From Polymyxa betae A26-41 (taxonomy: Eukaryota > Protista > Endomyxa: Phytomyxea): a stretch of DNA of 44,030 nucleotides. Position 1 is the first letter of the stretch. Every line of letters starts with the position of its first letter. The DNA is taken from positions 1-44,030 of the forward strand of contig RBZT01000519.1 of the NCBI GenBank assembly GCA_003693705.1, written 5' to 3'. The position numbers and the translations under genes were made by a program. Below, piece after piece: positions 23,605 to 36,609 of the stretch. The notes under the pieces were generated by a model. That model worked only from the letters and a program-made list of their open reading frames with translations, was not told the DNA's origin and searched no databases.

Positions 23605-23815
23605 AAATGGAGGTGTGAAGGCGAAGGGTCTGCGGTCCTTTGCCGAAAGCAGCTGACAGCTTCTACGAATATGGAAGTTGGTGTTGAGGATAAGAGCAAT
23701 ATAAAGAATGAATGTATTATGAGCCGGGTGGCATCTTATATAGCAAAATAGTGTTTTCGCATTGTCATATATCGGAAAAGGCAGCCATGGAGTTTGACCG
23801 CCTATTGTTGCAAGC
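23605..23815 (-). repeat. Dispersed LTR-like repeat family A, copy 1 (inverted relative to 37360-37570)
   Basis: Shared CTATATAAGATGCCACCCG..CATAATACATTCATTCTTTATATTGCTCT..CCTCAACA..GCTGTCAGCTGC; contains a TATA-like motif. Confidence 0.8.
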
Positions 23816-24199
23816 TCAAGCTTGTCTGGTGAGGTATGTAGCTGTACCAAGAAGACTTGGAACATTCCGGTCTTCGGATACCGACTGTTTGGTCACAGAG
23901 GCTTGACCGTAAGTTTGAACTTCAACAGAATGTAGAAGCGACCTTGGCTCCGATTCCGACAAAGACTTTGCAGGAACTCCAAACCAGGAGAATTTGGAGG
24001 CTAAAAGAAACAACATGGCAGATCAGCGGGATAGCGTCACTGAAGAAGAAGCAGAGAAGTTGGCTGAAGAACAAGATCATTGCCCTGTCGTGCCATCTGA
24101 GGAAAGGATGACGTTGGCGCGTCGAAGGAATCGAAGCGCACAAGAATTATGACTGATCGATACACTCCCACGATTACGAATTTCTAACAACAACGGCCT

Positions 24200-24765
24200 A
24201 GAGTAAATATAGTAAATGCAGCAAAGTCAAAAGCAAGCTGAGTCCTAATTTCTTCAGTGATATTCAATATTCTGACACAGTACAATTGAATCCGATCCCC
24301 ATGAATGTCCATAATCTTTTCATTAAGAATATTTTCAACTTCGAAAATATACCCATTCTACCAATCAATCATTTTAAATGGCTCTCTCCAAGTAGCAAAG
24401 AGCATAAGCCAACTCGTCCTTTAAGCTCCAACAAACAGAACATAATCTCCAAGACTGCGACGATTATTCGACCTGACATCCCTATGCTTTTGCCGATTTA
24501 ATTTTGATGGCCTCACAACAACTTGAATTTATGATTAAATCTAAGCTATGCTGCAAATCCTTTCCTGATGTCTCAATAGCATCAGTTGACGTTTCTACTG
24601 AGCAAACTGAAATAGACTTAGGATTATAAACTACAATGACTAACGGATTATCTGCTTCTAATCCAGACAAAACTTTGATTGGTGCAATACCATTCGGTCT
24701 AGATTGCGGTCGATGATTCTAAGTGTGATCTATCAACTTAATCAACCATGGCCAATCTTCCTTTT
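24200..24765 (-). pseudogene. Gypsy integrase C-terminal remnant
   Basis: EDWPWLI..H.P....AP..V.SGL; LGDYVL..ATWREPF..IFEVENI..IHGDRIQLY. Confidence 0.65.
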
Positions 24766-24899
24766 TTCAACGTAGCTCTGAAATGAGAACATCTAACAAC
24801 GTCTGATTATGCTTATTGATGACTTCAATGATCCATTGTCTGGTCGTCTCAGAGCACACCAAAGTTCTGTGGGTACAGCACTCCACCCAAAGAGACGTC

Positions 24900-27000
24900 G
24901 GGACGATTGCAACCCTATTTGCTGTCGATCCAGAAGGAAATTGTGCGTGGGAACTTGCTTTGTGAGAAAATCTGTTAGCATTTCGGCTGAGCGGCAATGT
25001 TGCAATTGGACTTGCTTCGATGCGACGAGTTCATGTGCGTCGTGTAATTTGTCGCCAATAGGCTTGGATCTTTCCACGGTACGAGTGTTGCTAGTTATCG
25101 AGATCGCCGCATTGTTTACAGAGTAAATCACCGTTGGTGGTTTCGGCCGGAATCCAATTTCATACATACACTGTCGAACTGACGACGTATCAACGAGGCA
25201 TTTGCCTTGGCTTTTCCAGCTGATCGGAGTGCCAGCCATTAATATACAACCTGTGATTGACCGCCGTGTCGCTGGGTCATTGGCATAATCGCTATCAAAG
25301 TATCCGACTCCAGTTGGTACCGATGTCTGATGCTGGAAGACTAACGTTAGGTCCTTGGTGTCTGTGACAGCTTTCATCAATGTCAGGTCTTCAGCCCGAA
25401 CGGCCCGTATGGCAGTTAGACAACGACTACAAGATGACACGATGAAAGGAATTGAGTAAACGGAAAATGATGTATTATTTTCGAGAAGCCGTCACGTTAC
25501 CGTGGAGAGGCTGTGGACCGATGATTAGCGGTAGCTGCAATAGTAATAAAATCGAAGAGAACAAGAAGACAGTATTTTGAATGAAGGGAACCAGCACGCA
25601 GTTTTGAGCGCAGAAATGAGCTTCACAGGGTCGATCAAATAATGGAGGATTTTTTGGCCATATTCTAGTGATCTAGTCCAGTTTCCTGAGTGTATCGACA
25701 TCAGACGCCTACGATTGGAGATCTCTGCCTGGACATGTCCGGTTAAAAATCCATAATAAGCTGCCAATCAATTTGGCCTTATGGGTAATTTCCATCTCTT
25801 GGCGTTGATCAGGTGTATTGGGGCAATAATCAAGGTGGTTTTTGGAAGACTCACCATACCGGTTATTCAATCTTTTGGGTGACTGGCGAAGATTAAATAA
25901 GTGTGCAGGCTCATCTATTGGTCTCTCTTGGTCGATGCTTATTGATCTCCCATCTTGGCATCGTCGAAGTCGGAAACCCAAGTACGCTTTACTCTCCGAA
26001 GTCAGTGATCTCGAACTTGCAATCCATCAATTCGATCAGTTTGGCAACGCCGGCTCCGTCATTATGAACGATGAGTTTGTCGTCTAGGAACCAGCGCCAT
26101 TATAATGATCTTCTCGCACTCTGATCTGTTATAAACGCACGGGTCCTCCTTTGATCTCCGGCTTCGCGTAAGCCGTACAAGAATATCTTCAACGACACAT
26201 TGCGTTTGGTTTGAACTTGTCGACAAAGCCTGGTGGTTGCTTCATGAATATCACTTCGTCATGAAATCCGTTTAAGTAAGCACTCACAAAATCCACCTGT
26301 CAAAGGTGCAGGCTCTTCTCGGCTGCGATTGCTAACTTTTAAAGCCGTACAGGGGGAATACTAATTCGGATTGGTTTAAGTGAAGTGTGGCTAAGGTACC
26401 AGAATCTCTCGTGCGAAAGCACGGCCTTTAATCTACTTCATTGACAGAATACCAGCAGAATGTCACTGATAAGCGTGTAATTATTATTGGATAGATTGAA
26501 TGCTTATGTTACCTAACTATACCTAGAAGTCATTATGGGACATATTGGTGTCATGATGCTGGATAATATGGGACCTGGCAGGGTGGGTGCTGGATTGGAT
26601 CTCAGCGCTAACATCACCCTTAGAGATTCTTGGCGAGCCATGGGGGCGAAACTTTCGTCAAAATCCACACTGGCTCTTTGGGAGAAGCCTTGAATGACTA
26701 GCCTCGCTTTGAGTTTTTTCACAAACTTCATTATTCGAAGGGTCATGAGCACCCATCAACACCCTATCGGCGTAAGGTCCTGAACTAAGTATATCAAAAT
26801 CCAGTTATTTCAGTCCATCAGGCTCGATATTCTCGCTGAACTGCATCCGACCAGTATCCACGATTGAGATTCGATTTTTTCATCGCCTCTTCAATATTCT
26901 TTTGGATGCTGACTTCGCTCGCTTTGATATTGGAAGGAAATTCTCTCAGCTTAGTCGATGCAGTCAATAAGTTTCTTACCATGTTCAATAGTGGCCTCTT
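24900..27000 (-). pseudogene. Copia pol remnant (integrase, RT, RNase H), heavily decayed
   Basis: KARLVIQGFSQ..VDFDESFAP; VDFVSAYLNG; YFDSDYAND..TRRSITG..ISWKS; MLTDFLTK. Confidence 0.8.
26337..26606 (-). mobile_element. 270-bp insertion with a 6-bp TSD, probably a 5'-truncated non-LTR retroposon 3' end
   Basis: GCTAAC duplicated at 26331-26336 and 26607-26612. Removing the insert restores Copia RT RVMLAIAAEK. The minus strand ends in TTTAAAA; no TIRs. Confidence 0.65.
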
Positions 27001-27393
27001 AGGAAACTTGGCCGTCATATTGGCTCCCAAAACCCTCAAGAAAACCAAGGCCCTCCAAATCCGCTCGTCCACCAAAGACACTGATTATTGCAATGCCATT
27101 TCCCTTCAGACAAGCCAACTGTCAAGAAGTGGACAGCAGAATCCAACGATCCTAAAGGACAGAAAAGTTCTGGGCGACCCAGTCATAGCATTCGAGAACC
27201 CTGACCTTGTGGAGGACGCCAGGAGGCGTCTAGCTAAATCCTCCGAATCGCCGAGCGCAAAAAAACTGTAACGGGTTTCCGAATTTAGAAAGTGCGCTCA
27301 GAAAAAGTAGTGAATGTGTAACTGTATTCCTAGGGACATACGTACGTAGTAGTATATACGGTACTTGTATTTATGCGGCGCTGATATTCAGAA

Positions 27394-29917
27394 CTACTCT
27401 CGGAATATTGCAGACTCGGTTGCTGCCTGATCTGCATTGATCTCAGCTACTGTTCGCAAGTGCTGATGGCTAAACTGGACAGGCACGAAGTAGGGGCAGG
27501 GCGCAGTATTGCCTGTATGCCCGGTGACAGTATGGCTTCCGTTAGCCGTACATGTCGTGCATACCGGTAGCCCACCTCTTGTCTGGTTATAAGCACGCTG
27601 TTCGTCAACCACTTGCTGGATCTCGGTCTCCTGCTGAGATCTGGCGCGCACAAAGCGTTGAGAGATGTCTTGGGCCGTCCATGGTGCACGAAACTGTGCT
27701 TGGTAGGGCGTCCGTTGTCCAAACTTTTCTATATCTGCCTCACTGAAATGCGGTATAGATTGGGTAGTAGAAGTTTCGCTCATCAACGATGTCAGCATCA
27801 ATCGATCCTGTCGAGATCTGTTTTCGCATTGGTTAATCACCTCTAGAGCCCTCTCGTTGTGCAACGATTGCCTGCTCAACATCTGCTGAACTAACGCTGC
27901 GCTCTCAGTGGCATTCGCTAAGTATTTCTTAGCGAGTTTGTCGACTGGGTGACAAAGCTCCCGCTGGTGACGTTCTGTTTGCGCCTGATTTTGCCGGTCG
28001 GATTTTTCAACTGAATCATTCCCAACTTGGAATGTTACGTTGGACGGATTCCAGAGCCGTAATACGAAAGCAACTATGCCTACATTTCAGTATTGATCAA
28101 CTTTTTGTGTTTTAAATTTTACCTAGAAGAATATGCTTGCAGTCGTTTGCCTTAGCATATTCCACACATTCACAGCTAAATGTTTGCTGACAAGCATTGA
28201 AAACGGTGAATGCCTTACACGCTTCCAATACTGAATCAGTATATACAGATTCAACAATCTCATGCTGATACCCTCCTGGGCAAACTCCATCGACTGTTCG
28301 GCAAACAAGATACTTTCCTTCAGCTCCATCGACGAAATGCGAATCGCGTTCAGATGCGAAAGGTACTTGCGAAACCTGGCCTGGATTCATAAGCAAAACG
28401 CTTTGAATTCGTTTCTTGAGAGTAGCACTGCAGCCGGTACCAGGAAAGTATTTTCAGGGCTGTCCTGTAAGAATTTTAATTTCTTTTCTCACTAGCTTTT
28501 CGGTTGATTAACGCACCCATTAAATTTAAGGAAGAATTCTTCCTCTATAACCATTAATTTCTGGACTAGATCAGTCATATATCTGTTACGCCTGTTCGAA
28601 TAAACTCTTTTCAAAAGGTATGGAATGCTTCAGCGTGAGCGGTGGTGTTGGGAATGGAAGAATCACGGTAACAAACTTCCCATTGTTCTTTTCGATTGGC
28701 GTAGTTCGAGACAAAATAATCTGTAAAAGCCGATTCCATTTCGCTCCAGGTTTCAATGAAATTAGCAATATCTTTCTCGACAACATCGATTGCTCGATCG
28801 TTTCTCATTTTTTTCAGTTGTTGGTTCATTTGACTTTGATTTTGAGGCTTTACTCCCTTATTCCGCATCTATAATCATGTTCAGATGACCACATTTACAA
28901 ATTCTGTTTCGGGGTCACATTGTCCATCCAGTTTTTATGAACGTGCCATACACATAAATAACGATGCTGTAGAGATGTACACACGGCAGTCGCTTGTCTC
29001 CTTGGAACGATATCATCATCCTGCAGCACGATTCGCGGTGCAAATCCTGGATAACGTCCCTGTAATGACAAAGGTTTGGACTCTGCTGCGTATTTCTCCC
29101 TGATTGTTACATTTGACTGTACCTTTATGATTTTCCATAATGCAAACAGCGCTTTAAAGTTTTCGTGAGAGCTGATACAGAAAACTGCAGGATATCCTCT
29201 GTTATTTTGAGGATTGACCACAGATATTGTGATTAATTTGCATTTGTACTGATTCGTGTTTTGTGTTGAATCAGTTACCAGCACTCGTTGTCCGAATCTG
29301 GTAGGTTTATTTATATTTAACGGGTTAAATGAAATGAATTTTAAAAACTTTAAAATTTTTGAACGGATTTAAGCAGTTAAACCTGATTACCTCAACATTA
29401 TGTCACTCATGAACTTAGGCGATCTTTTAGATTTTTAACGTCCTTTACAGTAACCCATTCGTTACGGTTCGCATCCTGCGATTCTGATTACAATAATTGC
29501 TGAAGATGATGAGCGCTTATTTACCAATAAATGATCTTCGCGACAATTCCGGTCTCTCAGAGTGTGATAAATGGAGCGAACTATAGATCGCTCATCAACC
29601 TGATTCAACAACTGCAGCGTTATCTTCCGTCTAATAAAACCGGAAAGTCGCAGGTGCTTCAACTCTTCAACGCTTTCAGGATCATGTCTTGTATGGAGTG
29701 GAATGTATCGAACTACGACCTGACTATCAGGCAGTGTAGTAGCGTAGATTCGGGAAGCGCAAGCTTCAGTCAGCTTGCAAGACGACTTGCTTTTTGATGG
29801 TCGACAGTTTACATTGGCAAGGTCGCCCAAAACATATTGTTCCGGTTCTTTCACGCCTTCGCCTGATCGACGAAAGACAAACATCTGGTAAAGTTTGCCG
29901 TTGGCCTGGTCAAAACA
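27394..29917 (-). pseudogene. Second MULE transposase gene with two introns, 5'-truncated
   Basis: C.SRI..H..H WRKY-like segment; VTDSTQNTN; YLCVWHV; TTAHAEAFH; SWIM CEC..DCKH; C-terminal CTTC..H..C. GT-AG introns at 29298-29390 (93 nt) and 28080-28122 (43 nt) restore the frame. Confidence 0.85.
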
Positions 29918-30130
29918 TTAAATTTCAAAAGATGTAGGTCCGATCCCTGTTTCTATTATATCCGTGATCCGGTTGGCAAAATTGATTTACTTTCTGTCCA
30001 CCTAGATGATATGTTATTTGCGCATAACGATGATTTACTAATTGAAAGCATCATGAGCAAATTGAAACAGGAATTTGGTATATATAACTGATCTAGGAAA
30101 ACCAGAGAAAGTTCTGGGAATTCGCATTAA
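29918..30130 (+). pseudogene. Inverted segment of the adjacent Copia RT
   Basis: LNFKRCRSDPCFY..VHLDDML..DLGKPEKVLGIRI, the expected continuation of WNKKLNEFLV (30131-30160, minus strand), but on the opposite strand. Confidence 0.85.
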
Positions 30131-32946
30131 TCATACCAGGAATTCATTCAGCTTCTTATTCCAGATATGACCGGCTTGTTTTAAACCGTACAATCCCTTT
30201 TCTAGCTTACTGTAATACCCGGGAAATCTTTGATCTCTGAATCCATAAGGCTGCTCCAAATATATTTCTGTATCAATATTTCCGTTTAGGAACGCTTTAA
30301 TGACATCAGCTTGTCTAAGTTTAAGTCGATGTTGGACTGTTAGAGCAAGAAGTAGGCGTTGCGACTTTGCGTGTGCAACTGGAGAAAAAGTCTCATCAAA
30401 ATCGACCACAACATGCTGTGAAAAACCTCGAACTAAACTTGCTTTGAATTTCTCGGTAGCATTGGGTTTCACTGCGAAGACCCACCGACAACTGATAGGT
30501 TTCCTATCAACCGTTTTTTCCACCAATTTCCAAGTCCGACACTGTTGTAGTTTGTTAAATTCTTCCATAGCAGCTCGTTTCCAATATTGTCCATAATGTG
30601 AGCTCAAAGCCTCTGATAAATTTGGGATTGGTATTGTTGATGCTTGAACACCTTGAAGTGCATTAAAGTCATCAGGAATTGGAACTTCGACATTGCCAGC
30701 TACATAAAATTCGCGGGGTTGCGGAGGCCTATTTGATCGTCTCAATTGTGGAGTGATATTGACAGGTTCATTTGTGCTATTCTGAACCGCTTCCACATAG
30801 TCATTCGAACTGTTTTCATCGCGTGGAATGTCTACATTAAAGAGTTAATTAGCAATGTTTGGTTGTTCGCCAATGTCAGACTGGCTTTTGAGCGAACTCG
30901 ATATAAGAAGGAATCTTCGTCAAAGACTGCATCTCGACTAATGATCGTCCGTCTTTCAGTTGGGTCCCAAAAACGATAAGCTTTCTGCCTGTATGAATAG
31001 CCAATAAAAATAGCTGGAAACGATCTAGGTGAAATTCGAGGATAGTAGCGATTGTGCCGATGAACCCAAGCATTACATCCAAAAACTTTTAAGTGCCACA
31101 GTTTTGGTTGCTTGTTAAACCATTTCTGATATGGAGAGCAGAAATTTAAAGCTGAATGTGGAAACCTATTATAAATATAGACTGAAGTGGCTACAGAATC
31201 AGCCCAAAACTCCGGAGGCAATCCCGCATGTAATCGCATGCATTCCGCCGCTTCCGTGATTGTTCGAATTGGTCGTTCAGCCATTCCTTGCTGTTCGTGA
31301 TCATACGGAACAGAGGTTTGATATATAATTCCCATCTCCGAAAGATATTGTTTTATCTCGTTAGAGATATATTCTCCTCCGTCATCTGTTTGAAGACAAA
31401 TCAGTTCTTCGATAGAGGTAGCAGAGGATCGTATTGATTCGCGAACAAATTGTTTCAGTGCCTTCGCTACATCAGATTTTCTCTCCGACATATTAAACCC
31501 AAATATATCTTGAAAACCCATCAATGAATAAGCAAAAATATCTTGATTTAGAGCTGATCGCCGGGACTGGGAAAGGTCCGCAAATATCAGAGTACACTTT
31601 CTGGAGAGGTTTAGTCGCTATGTTTGTTAAATCTCGTGATGGAAAACTGCCCCTGGTCATTTTTCCCAGTGCACAACCTGAGCAAGGCGATTCGGGAATT
31701 GATATATCCGATACAGAAATGAGCTTCTCATTTATCAACTATTTGATCGATTCATAGTTTCCATGTTTGAGCCGCTCATGACAGCGCGTGATATTTGCTT
31801 TTGTTCGTGCGTTAATATAATTTGCCTGAATGCTGTTATTATCAAGTGATATAGACTATTAACCTTGGGGATTGAGCAGAGTAAGTATCCTTGTGGTTGC
31901 TGTCGAGTATCAGAATAACTGTGACAGAAATCACCATCAAACCAAAATTTTAGGCCTCTAACGCCAATTGAAAATATGTTCTGGCTCATATCCGGAACCA
32001 AAAGAGTATCTTTCAAAATTGCGGATGATTCACCAAACATAACATGACCATTTCCCACATAGGTGCCCATAGTTTCATGATCATCTCCCAATTTGATGCA
32101 TGTATGATTGCCTCGTAAATGGGTCATTTTTGTCCTGTCATTACATATATGGCGGTTACATCCTGAATCTAACAACCAGACATCGTCGTTCATTCCAGAT
32201 ATGGACGAAACAGAATAGGCCGAAATGACTGACTCTTGTTTATCCTTCTTCAATTTTAGTTCAGGATGCAGATTAAAACATGTTGTCCGCCAACATTTGT
32301 TTTCCGGGCAGTTACAAAAACGACAGAAATTTTTCTGTTTAGCAGCTGCCGCAAAGATCGATTGAACTTCTTTATCCTGCGCAGTTCGACGACGTTCAGC
32401 GTTCTGCAATTTTTCGATCACATGTAGACTGCTGAGAGTCTTTGTTGATGCATCAATTGTATCAACAACTGTTTGATATTCCTCCGAGACACCCATCAAC
32501 AATATCAGCGCAAGCAGATTATCGTTAATAGTAATAAAATCGGAGGCAACTCTCGCGACATTATTTGCTGCACCTTGGATTTTCACAACGTATTCAGACA
32601 CCGTAAAACTATCCTGCTTAATAGTAAATACATCTTGGATCGCGTTTAATGCGCCTTGCGTTGAATTGTTGCCAAAACGTGATTCTAAAATATTCCAGGC
32701 TTCCCGTGTGGAAGTTGAATTTTCGACAATGGGATAAATCTCCTCAGACATGCTCAGAAGAAGTATAGCATGAATTCTCTCATCCATATTAGTATCGATT
32801 TCGTCTTCAGTACCAAGGACGGATGTTGCACCGGTCGCCTTAAGGCCCAGTAAAAGCTTGCGACTCCATTGGTGATAATTATCGTTCGACAAAATAGGAA
32901 CAATTTCTTGAAGCTTTCCGATAGGCTCTGACTTCTTAGACGACAT
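30131..32946 (-). mobile_element. Ty1/Copia element: gag-protease-integrase-RT with few disablements
   Basis: 403-aa gag/protease ORF (NYHQW, WLLDSGCNRH); CALGKM..YSDICGP; TDDGGEY, AERPIRT, FWADSV; WVFAVK, ADVIKAFLNG, LYGLKQAG. Confidence 0.95.
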
Positions 32947-33185
32947 TCGGCTGTTAACCTAATAAAATATTGACAGCATACAGAGCGATAAGGCAAATGA
33001 AAGTGAGTTTTAGTAATACGATAAAACAGGGAAGAAGGATCTGTGACTTGCAGCTACACAAGATTACGTCTGTGGCCTGTTTGTGGCTCAGGTCGTATGT
33101 GCTGCAATAGAAGGTTGCGCCTGTGGCGTATGTGCAGTTATAGAAGGTTGCGCCTGTGGCTTAGCTCGAATCAACAGATTCGACA

Positions 33186-33584
33186 ATGCTGGCCATGAGT
33201 GAATTGCTTGACACGCTCCGCTCACATCCTCGGAAAGTATTTGACGGTAATTTGATCTACGGCGACCCAACATACGGCTGCACAGAAGACACTTGTTCTC
33301 CATTTCCGCTAGCTGTACCGGGCTCAAGGGAAGCAACATTCAATACTGCTATGTGCTCGGTACGCGAGCCTGTGGAATGGAGTTTCGGCAGACTTAAAAA
33401 TCTCTGGTCCTTCTTTCAATCTGATAAGAAGCAAAGGGTCCGTCAGACCCCAGTCGGGAGAATGTGGTTAGTAGCTACATTATCAACGAACTGCCATTGT
33501 TGCAGTCAGCCACGCGGTAACCAAATCTCCATGTATTCCTTTCTCAATCCACCCTCTCTAGAAGAATACCTAGGAGCAAATTAA
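33186..33584 (+). pseudogene. Second Harbinger transposase, C-terminal fragment
   Basis: IYGDPTY..FNTAMCSVREPVEWSFGRLKNLW..NCH.C. Confidence 0.85.
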
Positions 33585-33599
33585 GAGTAAATGTATGAA

Positions 33600-34489
33600 T
33601 TTATTCTTGCCGACCGACACTGCCTCTCTTCGATTTTCAGATTCAATGCGACGTTCTGTTTCAACCTTTTGTAATTTGAGCCGATCTTTATCAAGCTCGG
33701 TTTTTTCTTATTTTAACAAGAGCGTCTTTTTGTTAGAGCTGCTCATGTAAGAAATTCCTGATTTGATGGCGTCGAAAAAAGCCTCAACTTTGTTCTTTTT
33801 TACAAACTTGCGTTTGCAGCGGGGTTTTTTATCTTCACGGACCCCATCTGTGTCCCCATTGTGTAGTTCATAATCTTTATCGTCGTTGCTGTCGTCCTCG
33901 CTGACTGTCCCTATTGCTTGTCACCGCAATATTAGTCCAGATTGCTCAATTGCTTTAGCCCTCTCCGATTCTATGGCTTTGGCTGTTGCTTTTCTGGTTT
34001 TGTAGTCCGTCTCTCGGGTCAGAATGTCTTGAAGTAGCTGTTCTCTTTGGCTGTACTCGGCTGTGGTCTCCGACTGACGTAAGGCTGCCTTGTTGTTGGA
34101 TTGGAACTGACTATAGATCCGGTCGAATTTCTTTTTGCATCCTTTCCCATCTTTTTTAACACCGAATCCTGGCGTATTTTGCAATTGGTCAGCAATTGTT
34201 TGCCAGGTTTACATGAATCCGCGCTCAGTCTGCCATGGAGCAAGATGGTTGACGGCCTGCAGCATCAAAATGTCGTCCCAGCAGTTAAAGTTTCCACGAG
34301 AAGGCGCCCCTCCTTTTGCGATTGGTGTAGACGTTTTGTTGATTACTTGGTCAGGATTGCAAGGTGGCTGCGGAACGTTTGGTGCTTGAAAGAACCCTGC
34401 CGAGATTAAAGCCTCTTCAGGAGCAGAATTATTATCCTGTGCAGAGCACTCACAGGATAGCAACTCGTCAAGGGTTAGATCGGAATACA
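33600..34489 (-). pseudogene. Second Harbinger Myb/SANT-like accessory gene, convergent with the transposase
   Basis: DDILMLQAV..PW..WQTIADQL..DGKGCKKKFD..RQS.T..EYSQREQLLQDI followed by a coiled-coil tail; contains in-frame stops. Confidence 0.75.
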
Positions 34490-34892
34490 TGATTTGAACT
34501 TTAATAGCTGTTGCGTTGCTGTTTAATTTGATAATGCATGTATATACAGCGGAAACCATTTAGCTCTCGTCCTGCTGAAATATCTTCTCATTGACAGTGT
34601 GACGAGCGAAGTTGGAAAAAAGATCGTCGTCTAGCAACCAGGGGAGACTCGAACCCGACCCTAGGAGCTGTTATTCTGTAGAAACTGCGCCTGGACTTAA
34701 GCGCTTTGTAGTTGAGGTCATGTCGTCATCGGCCGATAATTCAGAAAATCAATCTCCTTCTTTACTATCTGAACGGGATTAGCCCATTCTGCATTAACAT
34801 TTTCATAAATTCAACCATATTGAACTAAAGAATCTGTAAACTCTTTCAAGTATTGACTCTGTTCTTTAATATACTGATGCAGCTTTTCTCAA

Positions 34893-36050
34893 TTGGTTGG
34901 AAGATTACCTAACAAAAGATACGTCCACTTATCGAGAAATCCCTTTTATCATGGTGTCGGGGCTCAAGCTGGATTTGAAGATGAAACCTCCCAAGGCCCG
35001 AATCATCGACCTGGTCAGACAGAGGAGAAGCTGATTGCCCTTCACAACTGGCAGCTGCTCCTCTATGGTTCCAGTAAAGGAACCAAAAACTATATCGACA
35101 TCTTGGTGCAAACCCTGGAGCCGAAGGCCTTTAGAGAGGAGATGTTGTCATACGTCCATTTTCCCCCAGCTGGTTGTGCTGATCATGCTGTGTTTATTGA
35201 CGAAATGTTACAGGTGGAGAATTTTGAACATTACCTTCGTGACATGGATCGTCCTAAACCGGTTCGTGGCCCTCACGGGTCCAAACGGCTTTATCCTGGT
35301 GCTGGCCCACCGAGTGGCCAATCGGAGGTTAAAAAACCTCGTAACATCATTACAGGCTGAAAGTGTCATGTATCTGGCCATCATATGAAGGTCTGTCCTC
35401 AGCGACCTTCCCCAATGGAGCAGAAAAAGCTTCTTGAACAATATAAGTTGGAAAAACAAGCGAAGAATAAATTCAATATCCGTTCACACTATACTAAACT
35501 TGCTAGAATCGTAGATAGCTCTTTTAATGAGACTGATACTGTAGTAGCAATATTAGCTGAAGAGAAACTCAGCTGTCGAGCTGTATTCGACAGTGGCACA
35601 GATGCCACCATAATATCGGGCAAGCTATGTGATCGACTTCGATGCTTAATGCCACAATTTATAATAATTCCACTTAGGAATCGAGTCACTCTCGAAATGC
35701 CAAATGGTCACTCTACCTCTATTGGAAGTGCCACAAAAATTGATATTATATTAGAAACTAAAATGGGTCAATTATTTGTGCCAAACCAGCAATGTCTGAA
35801 ATGGCAGGATATGAATGAGGATCTTCTACTTGGAAATGACATGCTAATGTCAATAGGAATCAATCCTCAAAATGCATTAGACTCTTCACTAGCGTCTTCT
35901 ATACAAAAAAGTGATAATACACAAACTGATTCAGAGTATACTGTGTCTGTGTCACCGGATATAGGCCAGGATCTACAATCCGAACTTTATTCTTACTTTA
36001 AAGATAAAATAAAGGAAGCACGTACCATGGGTATGAGCCTCAAACTGGAC
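34893..36050 (+). pseudogene. Gypsy gag-protease remnant
   Basis: Knuckle CHVSGHHMKVC (~35368); AVFDSGTDATII and DLLLGND protease motifs. Confidence 0.8.
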
Positions 36051-36080
36051 AACCCTTCGAACCACAACTTCGGCGCAACC

Positions 36081-36419
36081 TGTCGTAATTCTCTGGAGCT
36101 CCTGTGTTCTTGACCTTTCGGGTTTGAGATTGAGGGAGGGTGTTAGTAAGCGATCCAATCTCCTGTGTACAGGTGTTGAGACAGAGTCCAATTCTGCTGG
36201 CGCACTTCATACTCCAGCGGCTGGCAGCGTCGTCTCCGCAGCTCATCTCGAGGCAGGGAGGGCGTAACCCTCTGATGCCAACGGTGCCAACATTTGAGGA
36301 CGGAGAAGTCCGTGGCGGAGTTTTGGTTTATATGGTATTGCCCTAATTCTCTATTGTGATATATAATGCCTCCAGGCCATAATACAATTCATTCTGTTAT
36401 AGACTCTGTTTAGCTCACA
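36081..36419 (+). repeat. LTR-like repeat family B, copy 1 (TG...CA ends, TATA-like motif)
   Basis: Inverted homologue at ~38790-39040 and a partial copy at ~39235-39325. Shared translation SDPISCVQ..QRLAASS.QLISRQGG.NPLMPTVPT in the ORF track. No TSD found. Confidence 0.7.
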
Positions 36420-36609
36420 TCGTTCTGAATCGTAGCCGCTTCCAGAAGCGAGAAACTCAACACGGTAGCCCTGCCTTTGGTTTTCGTGATCATTCAATTT
36501 CTTGAAGGAAAGAACGTATTAAACGCGGTTGGTCAAGAGCAAAGTTCTCTGCAACTGCTTATTCACGAACCCGACTGAAAGATGCTTTCGTTTACATGGT
36601 CGGGCCGAC

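Noticed and set aside
34638-34694. tRNA or SINE head (minus strand GGTTCGAGTCT, CCAGG/CCTGG ends)
   Set aside because: B-box-like motif only; no A box, D arm or anticodon arm.
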